DNA from: an uncultured virus (IMG/VR IMGVR_UViG_3300035698_005365)
Lineage: Duplodnaviria; Heunggongvirae; Uroviricota; Caudoviricetes
Direction: 5' to 3' (one strand)
Virus record (IMG/VR): IMGVR_UViG_3300035698_005365
Length of the DNA stretch: 20,000 nucleotides
The notes beneath the pieces are model-generated. The model made no database searches, had not been told where the DNA came from, and saw only the letters and a program-made list of their open reading frames with translations. The translations under genes were made by a program, and so were the position numbers. Shown one piece after another: positions 16,585 to 20,000 of this stretch; the stretch's first letter is position 1; each line of letters starts with the position of its first letter.

Positions 16585-17201
16585 TCGTCTCGACTCACAA
16601 TTTTACTGAATGTTCTTGTTTGAGAATCCAGCAACGTGCTCACGACTGCTATTACTGCCTCCCCATCAGTAATTCTATTTGTACCCTCATCATATTTAAG
16701 GACACCTGTACTTGCCACCTCGGCCATTGCCGTCGATGGTATTAGACTAGTTCCATCAGCTCGCTTAATAACTTCTATAAATGGTGAACCAACATTGGAA
16801 GTTACAATCTGCCCATTCTTAAACCATGTTACTGTATACTCATCTGTTGAACTTACATCATCTATGGTTAAATGAATATCTGCAAGATATATATTTAAAT
16901 CGGAGCCCAATTGAATTTCATTGATAATGGTAGAGTCCATACTTGTGACACCCGCGCTAATATCTGAAACATTATATGTATATCTATCTAATGCTGAAAG
17001 GCCTACCCCACCATCTGCTCTAAATGAATATGTTTTAGTTTGGTCTTCTGTGAAATCAAATTTATAAAGACCCGACCCAACCTCAGTCATTGAGGAGCCG
17101 TTAACAACTACTGCATCTGTATCTCCTTCCCATACTATGATAGATGGAGTGAGTCCTTCGCTAGGTTGTCCGTTATCTGTAAATGATGAAAATATTAACA
17201 T
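16581..17201 (-). CDS. Virion protein with two tandem Ig-like domains
   Basis: Duplicated motif: DNGQ...TPSI...MTEVGSGLYKFD and KNGQ...SPFI...MAEVASTGVLKYD. Confidence 0.6.
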   Translation of the reverse strand: MLIFSSFTDNGQPSEGLTPSIIVWEGDTDAVVVNGSSMTEVGSGLYKFDFTEDQTKTYSFRADGGVGLSALDRYTYNVSDISAGVTSMDSTIINEIQLGSDLNIYLADIHLTIDDVSSTDEYTVTWFKNGQIVTSNVGSPFIEVIKRADGTSLIPSTAMAEVASTGVLKYDEGTNRITDGEAVIAVVSTLLDSQTRTFSKIVSRDE

Positions 17202-17216
17202 TGTATCTCTCTTTTA

Positions 17217-17465
17217 TTATAAAGCTATTATTAAAAAATTAAGTAGTATTCCTAATGCGCCACCAGCAAGTAGTGTCTTTGTGCCAGTCACAAGTATCTT
17301 ACGAAATGATGAATTTTTTTGTACTTCGCTAATAATGCCAGGCCGCCCATTTCCATGAAGAGTTGTATCAATTTTTGTGACCATTATTTTTAATGTGTTC
17401 ACATCGGCATTTAGGGTTGCCATACTCGTAAGTAACTGTGTTTCTATTTTCATTGTTCCTGTCAT
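17217..17465 (-). CDS. Small membrane-anchored coiled-coil protein (XhlA/holin-like architecture)
   Basis: Heptads (LNADVNTLKIMVTKIDTTL), a GNGRPG turn and a C-terminal transmembrane segment (LLAGGALGILLNFLIIAL). Confidence 0.65.
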   Translation of the reverse strand: MTGTMKIETQLLTSMATLNADVNTLKIMVTKIDTTLHGNGRPGIISEVQKNSSFRKILVTGTKTLLAGGALGILLNFLIIAL

Positions 17466-17478
17466 CTCTTATACTATA

Positions 17479-17533
17479 TTTATAAATAAGAAGCTAATAA
17501 TAATATATGTTCTTATGGTTTATAAAGTTATCT
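17479..17533 (-). promoter_or_regulatory. Putative TATA boxes in the AT-rich intergenic region
   Basis: TTTATAAA at 17519-17526 (preceded by AGATAAC on the minus strand) and again at 17479-17486. Confidence 0.35.
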
Positions 17534-17547
17534 ATTTGTTCATTAGC

Positions 17548-20000
17548 TTATGACGATATATTAATTACTCCACTATTTGACCATAGTGCTCCTGAAACCC
17601 CAGGATCACTTGTTGGAATATTAACTATGATTAATTGTCCATCTCTACCATTTACTACAGCAGTTCCTTTTGCACTTAATGTAATAGTAACATCTCCACC
17701 GTTACCGCCTGAACCAGAGCCGCCTGTACCACCAAGGCCAGTCGTGATATTACAATCTCCACCATCTCCTCCACTAGAGGCTGTACTTCCACCAGCGCCT
17801 AAAGCTAAATCAAAATTACCAGCTCTTCCAGGAGTCATGTAAGATGATGCTCCACCACCAGTAATAATATTGAAATCTCCACCTGTACCAGTATTACCAG
17901 TATTTGCATTTCCAGTAGTAAAAGATATTTCTCCACCAGCTCCTGCTCCGCCACACGTCGTAGTTCCACCATCTCCTGCAATTAATGAAAAGCTTCCACC
18001 ATCTCCCGCAGTAAATGTTCCAGTTCCCCCATCTCCTAATGCAATCGAAGCACTTGCTCCATCATATCCAGTAGATGTACCATTATTTCCACCCACTCCA
18101 CCGACTATAGTTAGTACATCCGGTGCTGCTGTTCCTGAACCAAAACTACTAAATCCAGCACGTCCTGTTATTGTTTGAGTCCCTGTCAACTCTAAATCAT
18201 TTCCTACAACTTCAAGAATGGGGTCAAAATCTCCCGAGTTTGAATTATATATTGTAGTTGTTGCATTTCTTGTAGCATCGGTAACATCTGTAAATCCTGT
18301 TTCAATTCTAAAAGCCGTCCTTGCTCGAACGCTTGTATCTAAAACATAATTATGTAATATTTTATTTGAAACACTATGTGATTGTATGTTTTCTAATTGA
18401 AGCATAGTAGGTGTAGTTCCAACTGCATGAATATCAAGTGATGCACCTGCTGTTGTTGCTCCTATTGCTACAGAATTATCAAATGCGTAAACGTCTGCCG
18501 ATTGGAATCTTGCATCTCCTCCTATTAAAAACATTTCAAAGTTATCAGGAGTTCCAGAAGAATCTAATGCTGTCAAAGCTATTTGTGCTCTGTGGTCAAA
18601 TGCTCCTGTTCCTGTATTTTCTATTTTTAGAACTGGCATATTTGCATGATTTCCGTCATCGTCTGCTGATATATGTAATACTTCATCTGGAGAAGCTTCA
18701 CCAATTCCAACAAAACCACCGACCAATAAACCTTCGGTTATAGTTACATCATAAGTTGTAGGGTTAATTCCAAACTTTGCGGCTTGTCCAGTTCCAGCAG
18801 ATATTTCAAAAGCTCCAGAATTTGTTCTTCCCTGAATACTCCAAACATCTGTGGTTGTGTCATAGGTGGCACCATTATATAATCTTAATCTTCCAGATGA
18901 ACCATCGTTTCCGCCACGTATATTAACTGTTCCGTATTGGCTATCACTAACGCCAACTTCAACTGTTGGGTCTGTTCCTGTTATGCTCACATCTCCACTG
19001 AAGGTTGCTAGCTTTGTATCACCAATAACTAAAATGTTATCTGCCGCTGAATTCTTAAATATAAATGAACCAGTAACAGCCTTGGAAACATAAAAACTCA
19101 TATTTCTCGAAGCACTGAATGTTAAATCGTTTTTAGAATTTGGATTTGTTCCGTCGTAAGATGTTATATAACAATCGCTAGCTCCTGAATCAAATGCTAA
19201 AGCTTTATAGGGATACGTTGAGTTTAGTCTAAGTACGCCACTTGTTGTACTTGTTACATCTAGTTTTGCAGCCGCTGAGGTTGCACCAATAGCAACATCA
19301 CCGCCATTAAAATAAGAATCTCCGTTTGAGTATAATGATATCTTTGTTGTTGCTGAGGAATCTCTAACCTCTAATTTACCATGTCCCCCAGTTTGTGTTA
19401 CATCTGTAATCAATTTACCAGCGGTATTTCTAAATCCTGCAACAACTGAATCTGTTGCTAACTGTGTTATATCTAAAGCATATCCTGGTGATGCATTATT
19501 TATTCCAACCTCACCAGAAGCCCTTATAACCATCTTTTGTGTTAAAGAACTTGAGCCTAATGTATGGAAAGTTAAATCACCATCGGTAAAATTACCAAAA
19601 GAACTTCTTGAAATAGCTCTAATCTCAGCATATTTACTACTGACTGCATAGTTCCCGAACTCTATTGCTCCAACAGTATTTCCTGAATTAACAAATTGAT
19701 ATGCTAATTGTATTTTTGGATATGTTGAGATTGTTCCTGCGGTTGGCTTTGCAACTCTAATAACTGTATCATCTGCTGAGTTTCCAAGAATATGTAAATT
19801 TGTTAACGGTGCACTTATTCCAATTCCAACATTACCCATTAAGTTAATTGTCCCATCGCTACCACTTACTGAAAAATCACCAGGAGTTAAGGTAATACTT
19901 CCTCCATTTGCGAAGACCCCCTGTCCTCCATTTAAAGATATACTTCCACCAGATGCACCCATTTGAGTTCCGCCACCTGCTGTTTGAGTTATACTTCCAC
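17548..20000 (-). CDS. Large Gly-rich trimeric fibre/adhesin, 5'-truncated
   Basis: Frame is open to the window end (GSITQTAGGGTQM...). Contains GGxIxLxxG repeats, GNVGIG-type repeats and a terminal IPTSDPGVSGALWSNSGVI motif. Confidence 0.85.
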   Translation of the reverse strand, partial: GSITQTAGGGTQMGASGGSISLNGGQGVFANGGSITLTPGDFSVSGSDGTINLMGNVGIGISAPLTNLHILGNSADDTVIRVAKPTAGTISTYPKIQLAYQFVNSGNTVGAIEFGNYAVSSKYAEIRAISRSSFGNFTDGDLTFHTLGSSSLTQKMVIRASGEVGINNASPGYALDITQLATDSVVAGFRNTAGKLITDVTQTGGHGKLEVRDSSATTKISLYSNGDSYFNGGDVAIGATSAAAKLDVTSTTSGVLRLNSTYPYKALAFDSGASDCYITSYDGTNPNSKNDLTFSASRNMSFYVSKAVTGSFIFKNSAADNILVIGDTKLATFSGDVSITGTDPTVEVGVSDSQYGTVNIRGGNDGSSGRLRLYNGATYDTTTDVWSIQGRTNSGAFEISAGTGQAAKFGINPTTYDVTITEGLLVGGFVGIGEASPDEVLHISADDDGNHANMPVLKIENTGTGAFDHRAQIALTALDSSGTPDNFEMFLIGGDARFQSADVYAFDNSVAIGATTAGASLDIHAVGTTPTMLQLENIQSHSVSNKILHNYVLDTSVRARTAFRIETGFTDVTDATRNATTTIYNSNSGDFDPILEVVGNDLELTGTQTITGRAGFSSFGSGTAAPDVLTIVGGVGGNNGTSTGYDGASASIALGDGGTGTFTAGDGGSFSLIAGDGGTTTCGGAGAGGEISFTTGNANTGNTGTGGDFNIITGGGASSYMTPGRAGNFDLALGAGGSTASSGGDGGDCNITTGLGGTGGSGSGGNGGDVTITLSAKGTAVVNGRDGQLIIVNIPTSDPGVSGALWSNSGVINISS

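Larger units (their letters stand above)
1..20000. mobile_element. Tailed dsDNA virus / provirus segment (siphovirus-like tail module), probably archaeal host
   Basis: Colinear neck, tail tube, chaperone (with frameshift), tape measure, hub and fibre genes with very short intergenic gaps. No sheath gene and no cellular housekeeping genes. Confidence 0.93.

Noticed and set aside
1327..19093. Opposite-strand ORFs in the track (1327-1542, 2554-2748, 3679-3930, 6002-6265, 6072-6386, 6798-7049, 6994-7194, 11425-11718, 11734-11916, 14293-14478, 16636-16875, 17137-17358, 17507-17842, 17870-18178, 18438-18743, 18866-19093)
   Set aside because: They are antisense shadows of well-supported genes. The Pro-rich ones simply mirror Gly codons of the fibre gene.
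1..20000. CRISPR array, tRNA/rRNA, integrase/att site, transposase
   Set aside because: No regularly spaced direct repeats, cloverleaf structures or recombinase motifs seen, and the intergenic gaps are too short.
1..20000. Stop-codon reassignment (alternative genetic code)
   Set aside because: Standard-code ORFs tile the window densely, and TAA, TAG and TGA all occur at plausible gene ends.

Overview
The window is a segment of a tailed dsDNA virus (siphovirus-like Caudoviricetes) genome or provirus, AT-rich, with no cellular housekeeping genes, RNA genes or CRISPR array visible. Positions 3.3-20 kb on the minus strand form one tightly coupled virion morphogenesis cluster. It runs from a Gly-rich fibre, small membrane, Ig-like and BppU-like proteins, a head-tail adaptor, a tail terminator and an HK97-gp10-like protein, through the tail tube, tail assembly chaperone, tape measure and distal-tail/hub genes, to several fibre/LamG receptor-binding candidates and a small membrane protein. 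A T5 A1-like metallophosphoesterase follows. This cluster converges on a plus-strand block ending in a GT4 glycosyltransferase. GGTGA-type ribosome-binding sites and BRE+TTTATAAA boxes suggest an archaeal host. Three observations stand out. (1) Gly-Ser dipeptides are strongly enriched, independent of codon choice, in core virion proteins but not in the non-virion proteins; with the virus-encoded glycosyltransferase nearby, this is a candidate virion O-glycosylation ('GS sequon') system. (2) A well-formed -1 programmed frameshift (C CCA AAT, 6-nt spacer, hairpin) gives a G/GT chaperone pair. (3) A T5 A1-like nuclease candidate occurs in an apparently archaeal virus. All product calls come from motif recognition and synteny, not database searches.
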